From positions 5,897,519 to 5,961,518 of the forward strand of contig CM082580.2 of the NCBI GenBank assembly GCA_040954595.2: a stretch of 64,000 nucleotides of DNA, read 5' to 3'. The notes under the pieces are model-generated. The model was not told the DNA's origin. It worked only from the letters and a program-made list of their open reading frames with translations, and did no database searches. Position 1 is the first letter of the stretch. Each line of letters begins with the position of its first letter. Below, piece after piece: positions 38,585-52,500 of this stretch. The translations under genes were made by a program, and so were the position numbers. The stretch is from Balanoglossus misakiensis (Eukaryota; Animalia; Hemichordata).

Positions 38585-39948
38585 GATGGACTACAGTGTA
38601 CTTTTTAACTTCCCCCAAGAAACTGTTTTTTTTATTTAGGCCTCAGAGCGCCAGGTCTAGTGCAACATTAACATGCATCGGGGTTAAAGGTAAAGATGCC
38701 AAAGGTCACTCATATGCACACCCGCCGCGGTGGTGGCACTCCCAGGGAAGATGGGTACCAATGCGTGCCCCCCCCCCTCAAAAAAGAAAGAAAAAACACG
38801 GAAAAATAAAAGAAGGTGTTTTGTGTCATCGTTACTGTTCATAACAACAAGAAAAGAGGTACGTTTCGATACATGCACTTGGGCTAGAACAAGCGTTCCC
38901 GTTTGCGTTAATATATTTTCGGAACAACGAAATATAAAAGAAGCGAGCTTTATAACTTGCATCGTTTTGCGATTTATTTTCTGTATTAAAAGTGACCGTG
39001 GGAGAAGTACCTGTGCATCCATTTTCACAGAATGAAAAAAACGATGCAAATATCATCGCCACCAATTATTTAAACCGCGAACTATTATCGAAAAGCCCGG
39101 GCTTCTGATTTGAAAAAAAATGATTACGCGGTAAATGTGCGTTTATATCGCTATGGCGATGCAGAATTGTCGACCATTAGGCCTACATGTAAATTGTTCT
39201 AATTTCAAAACCAACACACAGTATAATGTACTAGTATATTCTACCATGATTCTACTATCAATCACCGTGTCTGGGCCCCCATATATCTCATATGTGCAGA
39301 GATTAATGCGCTCAATACACAACACTAATTTGAATAGAAATTACAAATTATAACCTTTATGTAACCTATCAAACATCAATCGACCTCGTAACGTATTACT
39401 GGTATTACTCCATTTCTGCAGCGTCCGTTCTTCCACGTCGGGCAAAGACTTCTCGTCAAGGGTTGTAGACGTCAGCATTCACATCACAACGTCATGACTG
39501 CTGTTGTTATTTGGGGCGGCGCAAATGTTTAACCCGAAAAACCATAAATTTGGTTTCAAGTCGCGCCTCGTGACCACCTGTTGAGTCTCGCTTGCACGTC
39601 GACTTTTCTGCTGCGCTGAGAAGAACTGATAGGTTGCAGACTAAATCTGTGTGTGTGTTATAATTACAGATCTGATCGAGCTACTCAGCCTACTGCCTCC
39701 GCTGTGTGCGATATTTTTATCTGGTGGATATTCGCTAAAGCGGTGACGTCGATGGACACAAAAAATCGATTATTTAAGTCCAATTTCGAGTGGACGTATG
39801 TCGTCTGGTGGTTGAAGTTTGAATACCCAGTGTTATAGATCACTCAACACTGTGTCAGCGTGCAACTTGAAATTTCGACCTCTGTTAATTCTGCGTGTAA
39901 GGGGCTCCCCCACTAGAAAAAATATCCTGAACAAAGCACCGTGTTAAT

Positions 39949-40314
39949 ATGGCCAACAGTCACCAGAAGCAGGAATTTAAGAGAGACGGCCTGACTTTTT
40001 CCAAACACACCATCCAAAACACGTTTCCCAAGAACATTCGGGACGACAAGAACGTGAAGTGGGTGGTGACTGACCGCGACGGCGTCGTCAAGGAGCTCCT
40101 TCTGAAGTCGCGCCGAAGCAGCATCAACGAGCAGGCCACGGCCGTCTACCTGCCGAGAAAGATCGGCACCGCTCGCGCCGAGCTGGTCAACGACGACGAC
40201 ACCTTCGTCGACTTGAACGACATCGCCCGCATGGAGGGGGAATATTACTTAGCCGTGGATAAAACTAAAGGTCTTGTGGACGCGGTGTGGCTCGGCTCGC
40301 CACCAAACAATTGA
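39949..40314 (+). CDS. Intronless hypothetical protein, 121 aa, alpha/beta
   Basis: AATATGG start, strongly C/G-ending codons (GAC, GTC, GCC, AAG, CGC) against AT-rich flanks, AATAAA at 40676. No confident family. Confidence 0.7.
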   Translation: MANSHQKQEFKRDGLTFSKHTIQNTFPKNIRDDKNVKWVVTDRDGVVKELLLKSRRSSINEQATAVYLPRKIGTARAELVNDDDTFVDLNDIARMEGEYYLAVDKTKGLVDAVWLGSPPNN

Positions 40315-43300
40315 TGTATGACCAACAAAATATTATTGTCGAAAACGGTAAGTATAGGTTTGACCTGCGACAATGAATAATCACTTCATCTGTTGTACTG
40401 ACCCAATTACAGTGTGTGACCAGATGTCCCCTGGATAATTTGACGCCATTGTTTTGGTATTTCACCGTCACTGAATTTATTTCATATGCATTATGAGGAA
40501 TGACTTTTCGGAATCAACACATCCCCATCGTGCGCAACGCGTGCTTTGACCTGAGCTTTTTTTAAACGAAATTAAATCGTGCCAAATTGCAGAAGAGAAT
40601 TCCCTAATTTCACAGTTATAAATTCAACAGACCAACCTCATGGCTATATCTGCTGACCCTACTTGTCCCTGACCCAATAAATTGGTATTAGTACCATCGG
40701 CGCGGGGTCTGCGTTTTATAACGGCATAGCGGTGGGGATCACGTGGAAGCAATAGAGTATATTATGATAACAATTTGATAGCAAAAATGGTGCTTTGTTC
40801 ATAGTAGGTCACCAGGTGGATGGGCAGTCGTTATCTGTTGTCAAGTATATGGTATAGGCGCTTCTTCTGGACTTGATTAACCTGTTAACCGAGTTGGACA
40901 AAAATATCGGTTTAAACAATGAAATATCGGCCTGTACCCTGAAGCTTATATTTCTGACGTTATTATTAGGGTGGGCTTTTTGTGAATGTGATTCCATTTT
41001 TTTTTCTTGATGCCGAATCGCTCATCTTATGGCAACTGTTTTAGCGGGTTAAATATGTAAATATCGTATTAAGATCCTCAACGCCCGCTATAAAGGCAGA
41101 TGGTTTATGATTCACAATTTTTTGGCGGTAAATCGTTTCCAAATTTGGCCCGTGTGTGAAGCTTTCGGTTTCTTAGGCAAACAAACACGCATGCACATAC
41201 GCCCAATTAAATCAACACAATATACTAATCTCTTATAAATTTCCACGAATCGATAAAACTGTTCAACCAATACAAGTCATGTACTTTCGAAACTCAATGC
41301 GCAAGATTTACCTAATTGATTTATATGTAATTCAACCAGTCCTATTCGATTTGATTTGACTTGATTTACCACTACACAATTAATGAAAATATATAAACAT
41401 TGACAACAAACGGCATACATGAATTCCATCGTAAAAATAATGTGGTCCATACTTGAATATTGAATATAGATCAACGAATTTATCAACCATATAGAAACCA
41501 CCACACATAAATTGACACCACAACCATTTAATTTTTAGTTTCTCGATAAGCTTGTTGAATCTTTGCCTTGCAATGTTTTTCACCGTTTCATCGACTTCTT
41601 TTGCTTTTGCATTTTTGTTAAATTTATGGATATTACAACTCCGCCATTTTCTGCAGGAATGTATCTTGAATCGCGGTCACTCGCATTGTACTGTAATTTG
41701 TGGGGGGGGGGGTCGGGTTAAGGTTTGGGTCAATCATTAGTTTGCATAAAGTCAGAGGGTCGACAGGAAAAACACGAACTGACGAATTTGACTGTCACAT
41801 GTCACAGTGCACGTGTTTCATATTTTGGCGTGATATATTGTTCGTTCAAATGCGGGTTACATAATTTTGTGTCTTGATAGGACAACGTTTCAGACGAGAT
41901 ACCAGTAACCTGGCCAACTGGCGGTGGGGGAAATCTCAGAGGTCATCGCAATGCTTGATAGCGAACGGTGCGTGTGTGCTGCGTGATATAAACCCTGGCG
42001 CTTCTGGGTTCCTTTCGGCCATTTACCGCTCAGCCATGCAGTGGAAAAGAGAGCCCTCTTCTCAGGTGGTGGGTGGGGGGGGGGAATATAATGTGGTCAC
42101 AGGATACAGCTCTAAAAGGGTTACCAGAAGACACGACACTATATATGGGCTCTATTAGACTATATGAGGGGACGCATGGCAGCTGCCGCGATGCATGAAT
42201 GATGAACCATAGATAAGCTTATAGTGAGTTTAGCCACTGTTTCAACATTTTTTTCGATAGCCAGAGCACCTTTTCCCTTAAAGAATGGCATATGCCAACA
42301 CCCCCCCCCCCAAAAAAAAAAAAATCCCCTATCCATCCCACCCAAAAATGAAATGGTTCTTCCCTTAGCCAGGTGTAGCCACAGTATCGAAGCCACGGAT
42401 TCCAACCTCCCATTCCACATCTGGTTCTCGGTCACAAAGCGACAGTCACATTGAAAGCCCACCTGTTGTCAGGTAGCAACAACATTCGTTAACATTTGCA
42501 GAAGGCATTTAATTAAATCCTCGAAATTTGACGGTTTTATTCGCCAACACTTCCACGCATCCCACTGGTCTAAACTTTCGAGACTATTTGGTCAATTCCG
42601 TGGTGACTAGAGAATTCGCCGCCGCCAGCGTCTTCTTTCCCACGGTTGTCTGAGCCGTGTTCAAGCCTCGTCTGAGACCTGGTTTATGCATGGAGTGTTA
42701 TTCATGCAAAAATAGCATTTTGGCACGAATACCTGACTCACCTCACCTCACGGCTCATCGAATTCGAAGGAATGCGTAGTGAGTGCGAGTGAAGGCTATC
42801 GGGGGCTTGGTGCCGACCAATTGCATTTTATACACATTGAATCAGACTGAAAGGACCAAAATAAATCACTCGGCACTTCGTTTATAGCAAGAGCGAAATC
42901 AGAGCTGCAGCTAGGAAGCATTTTCCCGTTTTGTAGGCCTACCATCACATCACTTACATGAAACTATCGCATATCTTTGCTTTTGATATTTGCCTTCCGG
43001 GCCAAACTGGTAATTCTTCCCTCACTTCCGAAATTTGGAAATTACGCATGTTAAAATTAAAGAGTGCATACTTTGACGATGTCCGTAGTTGCCTATATAT
43101 TATATATAAAGATTTTCATAAGATTATCTTAAATATCAATCGCGGCTTATGGAATAATTCGGTGCGCATAATGTGTCATCATTACAGACGATTATCACGT
43201 CTGTGTGCTAGGACTAAAATAATAACCCCGTCAACTTTCTCTGCTAAAGGGACAATTTGCAATGTAATGCCTTCTCTTTCAATCTGTTGCAGGGTATTAA

Positions 43301-46300
43301 GAAGAGATTACGTTAGATAATTGGTATGACCACAAAGTGTACGGACACTGGCCAGCAGAGTTGAAAGTCAAAGTAGACTTTGATGTGAAATCGACGAAAT
43401 TTCCGGGATCACCAACTGAAGCCATCATCGACAATCACTGCGCGAAATTGAGTGTCCTTTTAGAACTTCTTCAGTGACGATCTGTCCTTTGAATTGACGA
43501 TTATAACTTATCTTCGTTCCACGAAATAACAAAATGTGATTACAATCCTCTCCAAACTCATTCCGACTCGCCATGTAGTCGGCTGAAAATAAGTCTTTTT
43601 TTTCGAAAGTGCAGCCGACTATTATGCGCACCACGAGCTTCAAATCCACTAAGGCTAAATGTGTAATTAGGTAATTTGCATATTTCGCGGAAAGCTTTTT
43701 GTTTGCATTGAAGTCTATAGTGAGAGCGACAATTTTTGATAGACGATTGAAAGTGTTTTTTTCCGTTATGGGTTCTCTGTGCATAATATTTACTGCAAAT
43801 GTGCATGAAATGTTTATCATAAGTTGCAGGATTTGCAACATATCGACGTATGTACGTGCACAAAATTTCAAAAATCAACAAACTTTGCAGACCCATCCAT
43901 TTCTTTGATCCTTCAGAGCGACTGCCTATGAACATTTATTTGACACAGGAGCAGGAAAAACTCCACCCTTTCTCAGTGATATTTTCCACATTCTTTATAC
44001 TGTATTGAATTGAGTCAAATCCGACATGTCCTTCAAGGGTAACTTTAAAATATGACTGTGGGAGCAAAAAAATGCAGAAGTGATATTAAATCTTGGCGGT
44101 GGTTTCGTAATGGGTAAACGCAAAGCCAGGTACAATCATAGATACTGGGCTTTCTATGGTACAACAGCAGCTTTCAAAACCAGTTTCAATATTTACCTTG
44201 ATAAGAAATTGGTGTTGCTTATTACTCGGAAATTTAAGATTAAGATTTTAAGAAGTATAGATTTTCACTCTTTTCTTCATAACTACAAATGTATAATATT
44301 ATTATCAATCTGTCACTGTCAAAATGTGTTTGCTGAATATTTTCTTGGTTTTTGGGAATTTTAACTAGACGAGTGATGAATGAATCCCAGAAACAGGACA
44401 TTTCAGTCTCAAGCTCAGTATTGCGTTGCTTTGTATTGTATTACACGAGAAACCAGCAGTATTACATTAAAATATTACTTATTTGGTGATAAATGTTGCA
44501 TTTCTGTAAACATATACCCCATAGACACTTCAAAGTAGCCGGGCTCAAATTATTCATAGCTTTGCAAAAGCTCGTCCACAATTATAGCCTGCTTTAATTT
44601 CCTGTCTTTTCCTATCAAATCCTGGAGATTACTTGTTATGTATATCAAATACTTTTTTATTACTCAAGAAAAGGGCATAGGACAATAATTAAAAATTCAC
44701 AAATGAAACAATAGCCGCCAAAAAAATTGGTAAAGAGACACTGTCGAGACCTGATGGACTCTATCACAGCCAGCCCACGGTTCGCTACAAGGCTCTTCAC
44801 CGAAGCGCCCTCAACCGTTTAGCAAAGGAGAAGCACTATACAGTGTTGTGTAGCGAACTTCAGCGCACATGCAAATTCAATCAGACTGCATGGACGGCGA
44901 GAGGGGCTGTGATAGAGTATAGGGCAGACACCCCTGTCATGCAAATGCTGTGGTATGACCCTTCCTTCACTAATGGCAAGGATAGTGGGCTGAACTCGAG
45001 TAACAGGAGTAAGTGTACAACTGCTTTAAATTATTGGTTTAGAGAAGAACTTAAAAATGGAAACTTTGTCTTTCAAATATTTGAATTCTGTTGGTGATCG
45101 CAGCATAGCCAATATTCACATTACATTATTTGATATTCCCACAAAAAATGCAGCAATTATGAGGCTCTCCATGACATTGAATATTTACACCCCCCCCCCC
45201 TCACCCTCGTTATAGGTCCAACTTCACCATAGAAAAACAATGGGTTTGGACTGAACCATGGTTGTGAAAGGGTTATGACGGACACTGCTGTAAAGTAATT
45301 TCAAATGCTAGTCGCGGCACGTCACGATCATCAGGAGAAAAAAAGTATAAATCAGATACAATAGAGGACGCTCGAACAGAACTGGACAACCAATAAGAAT
45401 TGCTGACGTCAAGCGCACCACTCTACATCAATGTAGATAATTTTCTGTCTACCTTTAAAACGTGTCCGCTACACAGTTTAATATGTATGCTGCTGTAGGA
45501 TGTATAAGGTATTTATGAAAACTTCATTAATTAAGCCATCGTCTGCGCACAGCTTTCCTAATGATTCAAAATCGAAACATTATATACACATTATTCAAAT
45601 GAAATGAGATTGGCAATCTGATATGCAACTGGCACTTACAGATGTTGCGCACCATGAGTGGATGAATTCATCTCCATAGGATTACGCGAACAATTGTTAG
45701 AAAATCCATTTCTACTATAGTCATTTTGGTGGTTTATGTCTCCCTGTTATAACTTCGCAAATTGTCTATCGCGCAAAAGCTCCCATACATGGCTCCTACA
45801 AAGTGAAGAGTTTATTTACAAGGTACATGATGTAGCAGGTTGACCCGCCCAATACAGCAGTACCGTATGCCATAGAAAACGGCTGTAAAACTCAGATGGA
45901 GTTATTCTGCCTTGGAGAAGTTACTGCCAAGGCCATGATCGACAGAGACTGACTGTACAAACATTATTGGAAAGTTCAACACTTGCTCTGCAAAACACCA
46001 GGTCTCTCCACTTCTGGAGAATCTACACCAGCATCTCTGGTGACAAGGAGAAATACTGCAGTAAGTGTAATTGGATTTTGAAGACTTGGACGAGGGAGCA
46101 GATATAAACCGCCAAAAAGATGGCACCCACAATCTGGCAGAATAACAGAATCTCACAATCCCAAGGACCTGGGATCATATTTCTCACACGAGTTGGGGAT
46201 TTTTTGTCCCACACGAGCCGCAGGCCACAAATTAGCCAAATTCGTGTTTAAAGCGTTGAATTAAATTGACCCGGAAACTGCCGGCTGGCACTTTGTAGTT

Positions 46301-46538
46301 TCTGTCCGTGTAATACACATCGCGCCATTGGATAACATTTGGCGCGTGTTAATAAAGAACGATTCCGCATCCAATCAGCGCTCACGTTATATACAGTTTT
46401 TAATTCTGTGAGAGTGTGGGATCGATTTGTTCTCACACTCTGATCCCACACTCTCAGCATGTCAGGAGTGTGAGAATGCCACCACACATTCTGTCAAAGC
46501 GAGTTCTGGACTGCATGACTTTCCCCATCTGTAGTATT

Positions 46539-49500
46539 TTATTTGTCCCATCTGCTTTTCTTCACTTTCGGTGGTTTCGGCGCAACAAACTCGTCTGCGA
46601 ACCTGTGGCTGCTGCTGCTGCTGCTACTGCTGTCACCCCCTCTGTAACTCGGTCTGTTGCTACCATCCGCCCGGGGAGTGTAACCACCGCTGCTACTACC
46701 CCGCGGACTACTGCTGCTGCTGCTGCCCCATCTGCTGCCGCTACTCCCCCTGGATCCTTGGCTGCTCGTTCCGCTACCCCTGAAACCCTGGCTGCTTGGG
46801 CTCTGAGCGGTGGGTGATCTGCCAAGCCTGTCCTTGTCCCCGCTGGACCACGTACTGCTGGTGGAGTTGGAGCTAGCTGCTTTAAAATGGGATTTGTACT
46901 GGGCCTACAAGAGCAGAAGGAATCATGTTGTCAATCCAAATACACTTTTACTTCAATGGTGACATTGCAAATGCCATATTGTTGACTTCTCACACAACAA
47001 CAGTTTGTATGATGTTAAGATTTTGCTGATAATGAAAGCCGTATGCATCAGTTGTACTGTACTTCAATCTTTGTATAGGTGCAGAGTTTAACACAAATTG
47101 TAACTTTGCCGCCATTTAACACGATAGGCGTTGTTTGTCCTGTCCATGCAAGATCTCGCAGAGTTCAGAAAATGGTTCATTTGTGAAACAAATACTATGA
47201 CACCAAAACGACACAAAAACAGCAAGGCCGTTCCCCTTTTAACACTCACCAGGAAAGCACTCTTGACGGTCTGACCCCTGTCTACTCCCGCACTTGCCGA
47301 CGGCTGCGACGGTGAAAACGACTGTGGTGGTGGTGGTGGTGGGTAGGTGTTCCGTGCCGGCTGGTTGTACTCGTGCATCTCCGGCATGTAGGCACCGCCG
47401 GAATCGCCAGTCTCCGTGTCCTGCTCGTCGTCTGCCGACGTTCCCAGTCCAGGCCTCTCCCTCGCCCTGTAGCCCAGCCCCTGCGTCCGGTTGATCCGGC
47501 CTTTCTTTCCCCGCTTCTGCCTGGATTTCCGGAACCAGGAATTCTGTATAATCGAGACAAAATATTCTCTCTCTTTTATACACCCATAGAACATAACACA
47601 ATGCTCGCTTTACTAAAACAGTAATTTCATGAGCTATAACCCACGAAAAATGTCCAAAATAAAAAAATTTCAATTCTTGAAATTTTTCATGAGCTATAAC
47701 CCATGAAAAAATTTCATGAGCTAAACCCACGAAAAATGTCCAAAATGAAAATTTCAATTCTTGAAACACACAGTAGTAGTTAGATAGGTTTTCCAGAATA
47801 GAAAGGTTTTACTTTATAACATCTTTTGAAAACTACACAGCACTCACCTGCATGGCCAGATCCATGAGTTTGTCCGGCACCGTTTGTCCGACGCCTTCCA
47901 GATTCCGGACAAGATCCCCGGCAAAGTTGACATCTTTGGTAACATTCAGTAATGTGTACGCTATGCCTTTTGTACCTGTGAGGCAACACAAGACAAAAAG
48001 ATCACTGAAGTGTTAATATTAGACTCCTGCAAAATGTACAAGAAAATATGTAGCATTTAGATTTCGAAATATTTGAAGTTATACCAAATGTCAAAGGCAT
48101 ATTGATTATCCTGTCTCAAAAAGTGCAGTGTCATCCAAGCACTGGGGGGGGGGGGGGGGGGGGGGGGAATTTTCTCGTGAAAGCAAAGCTCTATATCTGT
48201 TCCACAAAAATAACGCAATGCAGTATCTGCTTAATTAAATGGCGTGGGGTTTACGATGATGGGTAAAGTGTGAGATGAAACCTTTGCACTATTATGGTAC
48301 ACAAAAGATTGTGAGCAACAGACCTACAAGGAATGAAACGTTGCAGACAGATTACTACAGTGGTCTATGGAATTTGGAGCTGAAGAAGCCATGTGAGATA
48401 TCGGTACAAATAAACACATGTGGGTGAGTGCCCACACAGGGTATGCATATTTCTACAGTCATTTCATGTAGCATGGCTTTGTGTGTACCATAGTGCATTT
48501 GACATCCTGGTTTCACCTACGAAGGATGCACTGTCAGCTGGGTATTAAAGTCTCTTACCTGCTCTGCCAGTTCTTCCGATCCTGTGGGTGTGTGTGTCGA
48601 TATCTCTGGCCACGTCGTAGTTCACCACTGTCCTGATTGAAGGAATGTCCAAACCACGCGCTGAAATCAATGCGAGGATCGGTAGATAAAAATTGGAAGA
48701 CGTATATAGAAAAGAGTGTCAGCATGGACAGGGCCAACAACCACAGGGATTACTGAAACACTTACGGGATACATAGTAAAATAACCAGTTTCAGGAAGAT
48801 GAGGTAGTTCAGCAACAGTAGATTTCATGCAAAAAGCACATCCCAAAATTTCAAAAGGAAAGCTTCAGGGTTACACTTGAAGGTATACGGTCACCTCTGC
48901 AAATTTAGACACAGATACACAGCCGGTCACAAAAAAGCAATGACTTACCTGCAACATCAGTGGCAACCAATACTGGCATCAGACCTCTCTTGAAATTGTT
49001 GATCACTTTGTTCCTTTCACTCTGATCCAGGTCACCGTGCAGTAGACCCACTGTTGATTTACAACAACACAGTAACGAGAATTACCACTGAACTACCGGT
49101 AATAGATGATTTTACGCTCACTGTGAGATCTTGCAAGACTTGGCTAATTTCGCAACCAGTTGGTAGCCAAGTACATGTAATGCAATCAAGCTGTATACAA
49201 AACTAGAATAGAGTTTGACAAAAATGTAACTTTTGTGCCCTTGAACATGATGGGCTCAAGTGCAACTTTTCATGCAACAATTCCATCTACACTGAGCTTG
49301 GGTGTCAAGATGGTTGAATAACTTTGACCATCCTAGGGTGTCAAGATGGTTGAATAACTCTGACCATCCTAGGGTATCAAGTGGTTTATTTCAGTTGTTG
49401 TAATGACGGTCGTACACACCCAAGCCACGAAGGCATTAAGACACAATCATTACTACTGATGAAGACAGCAAAATATTTCTGAAGAACATGGTGGGACGGT

Positions 49501-52500
49501 TTCCACCATCCTTTTTCTACTCACAATCAAAGTCCTGGTGTTTCAGGTTGTTGGCAAGTTCTTCGCAGTTGGCCTTCTTTGTGACAAATATCAGCACGCT
49601 TCCCACACTGGTGAAACTGACCAGTCTCTGTATCAGCCACGTCCACTTAGTGGGACCATCGGGCAGCAACTCCACAATCTGTGTGACGTCTTCGTTGGCC
49701 TAGTCGAGACGGCACAGCAAAGTACACAAGGTTGTAGTTCAATGGGAAGAGAGATGCGTATTGAGCAAAATGTACCCAGCTCTACACGATTTCGGCCAGC
49801 ATAACGAATTGGCACAGTACTCTATTCCATTCCAGTGTCTAGCTACAACATTTTTGTGTTGATGAGTTAAAAAGTTTGAAACAACTTTTACAACTCAATC
49901 ACATTCCCCCCCCCCCCCCCCCCCCCAATTACAGATATTCTGGATGAAATGGCGTGAGAGGATTTTAGATTGAAAGGATCGCTGTATAAAAAGGCACAAT
50001 TTGCTTGGCTATAATTACTAAAGATACAAGAGTAAAATTTAATAAAATTGACACTAAAATCAACAATGAAAGAGCTGATTTGATATTCTATCCTCAACAA
50101 TTTCCATCAGTCTCTCTGTGACTACATCTTGCCAGATCATGTGGCCTCTCAACATCTGTCACTGCAACATTCTTCTTAGACTGCAAAAATTACACTTTCC
50201 ACAATTCCATAATTCCTTTTTCATTTTCACGTACCTCGCCGACATCTCCCTGCACCACCCTGACAGGATCGGTCAGGATATCTCTGGCCAACTTCTCGAT
50301 TTTCTTCCTGAAGGTGGCGCTGAACAACATGGCTGCAAGATATGGTAATTAAGTAAGGTCACTGCTGTGCACCCTGGGTAACATACAAGGTCACTGCCGT
50401 GGAAGTCAAGGTGTTGTCTACAGATACACAAATACAATTTGACATATTTTCATATTTTCTAACGCCGGTAAGTTTAGTTTCCTTATTTGAGCTGAAGGCT
50501 ATGTGAATTTTTTTATTAATTAATACAAAAGTAGAAGAGGGGATTTTTGTGACTTACTTTGTCTGTCTGGTCTTACATGATTGGCTATGGAACGGACTTG
50601 GGGCTCTGTAACAAAACAGACATGAAAGGTCCAAAATTACTGAAGGCATGCTCTCATATTATAATATGCAGATAATGATGTCTATAGTGACTATAACAAT
50701 CCTGTATGTGAATCATGTCTCAATGTGGAAACGAAGAGTGTGGTCACACGACCAAAGTATGACGCTCATAGCTTTCGTTTACAATCTAATGTATTGTTAT
50801 TTTGCTGTTCATGATGATGTTAACAACAAACTTACCGAAGCCCATATCAAACATTCTATCTGCTTCATCAAAAACCAGGTAAGTCACTCTCTTAAGATTG
50901 GTGGCTTTCTTCTTCACCAGATCAATTAATCGACCCTGAAAAGGACAGATTCGCAGGCTGCATTCTGTTTTTTCCATCTGTTTCTCCCCCCAAAATCAAC
51001 AGCCCTGTGAATGAAAACCTCAGCATATTTGCTGCCATCTTTTCAGCTCTTTGAATGAAAATGTACGATACTTCTCACGTGACAGGGAGCTGCACGATGT
51101 ACATCTGTTCTGTACAACTGTGATCGCACTTTTTGGAGTGTAGGAAGACTTACCGGTGTTGCCACCAATATTTCACAGCCATCCTGGCAAGCTTTGGTCT
51201 GCTCCCACATGTTACCGCCACCATAGGCGCACACTGTGTGGATGTTGTACGCCTTACCGAACCTCTTACATTCTTGGTAGATCTGGGTGAAAAGGGGATA
51301 TAGGAGTGAAACGAAGGTAAGACACTCGAACAGAAAGAAGTGTGGTCAACAGAAAAAAGTGGTTGCGGTAGCGTACTTAGAATGCTTACAGGTTGGACAC
51401 ACACGTTTCAAGTTTAACCCTGTCACCACCAGGGTTCAGTCCAAATCCATTGTTTCCTATGGTAAGGTTGGACCTCCAAAGAGGGAATTGGGGGTCAAAG
51501 GGTTAAAGGGGCATGTGTTATGGACAGTTTACCTTTCGTTTTTCTCTCTCCAATAAACAGTTCCATGCATCAACAAGGGGTCTATTGCTTTATATATCTA
51601 AATTTGGCACAATAACAGTGCTGACTATACAAATATACGTTGTGTTGATAAGGCTAATGCTGGACATTTCATTATGTTTCAGAATTTACCCTAATACAAG
51701 AAACTGCAGTAGATATACAAAACAAAACTGCTGAAAACATAGCAAAAAGATAAATGGAGCTTTGATTTAAGAAGCGATATTTTGGTGATATTTTGATGAA
51801 AACGACCTCTTCTGGTATTTTTTGTTCTGACTGGAGTATCTACTAGTATTCTAACGCACCTGTTGTGAAAGTTCTCTGGTCGGTGCACATATCAACCCAA
51901 TCGGCCCGTCCCCGTCTTCGAGTTCCGGCTGATCCATGATGTGTATCAGCAGGGGCCAGATAAACGCCGCCGTCTTGCCACTACCTGTCTTGGCGATACC
52001 GATGATATCGCGACCGTTCATGACCACCGGAACACCCTGTGCATAAAAGTGAGGAAAGAAAAAAATAAGTGAATTCTTCATTGTCATGAAAACAAGGCAG
52101 CAACTGCAATTATTTCTCTTGAGTTTTTGCAAAAAAGGCTGACATTCAACAGTTTTGATCATTGATAAATATCTGATTGTGTTTTGTTCTTGTTGACAAG
52201 CACACCATCTTGAACCATATCCTGTGGCTTCTAGTCAATATTGTACATAATTTTAAAAAAGAGAGTTGATGCACAGCTTTTAAAGTGGTTCACATGTTGA
52301 CCAGAAACAACTGTATCTGATGTGATTGGTAAACTTTTCCCCATGGGCATCGCTTTGAGTTCAAATTCATGCTGCTGTGTGAGGGCGCAAGGCTTATGAA
52401 ACGGGTGTCTTGAGGTGGCTCTTTTTTTCTGTCTCCAGCACTCAACGTTGGCCGAGGATACTTGTACGTCTAAGACACACTGCACCCTGAAGACTCAATC

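Noticed and set aside
39541-39580. tRNA/SINE B-box-like GGTTTCAAGTC...ACCA
   Set aside because: No A box or cloverleaf could be built.
43425-43935. 148-aa and 125-aa minus-strand ORFs
   Set aside because: Non-ATG or weak starts, AT-rich composition, no motifs or codon bias; likely chance ORFs.
46416-46825. Ala/Thr-rich and Cys-rich (metallothionein-like) ORFs
   Set aside because: Antisense or alternative frames of the Ser/Gly-rich AGC-repeat last exon of DDX42.
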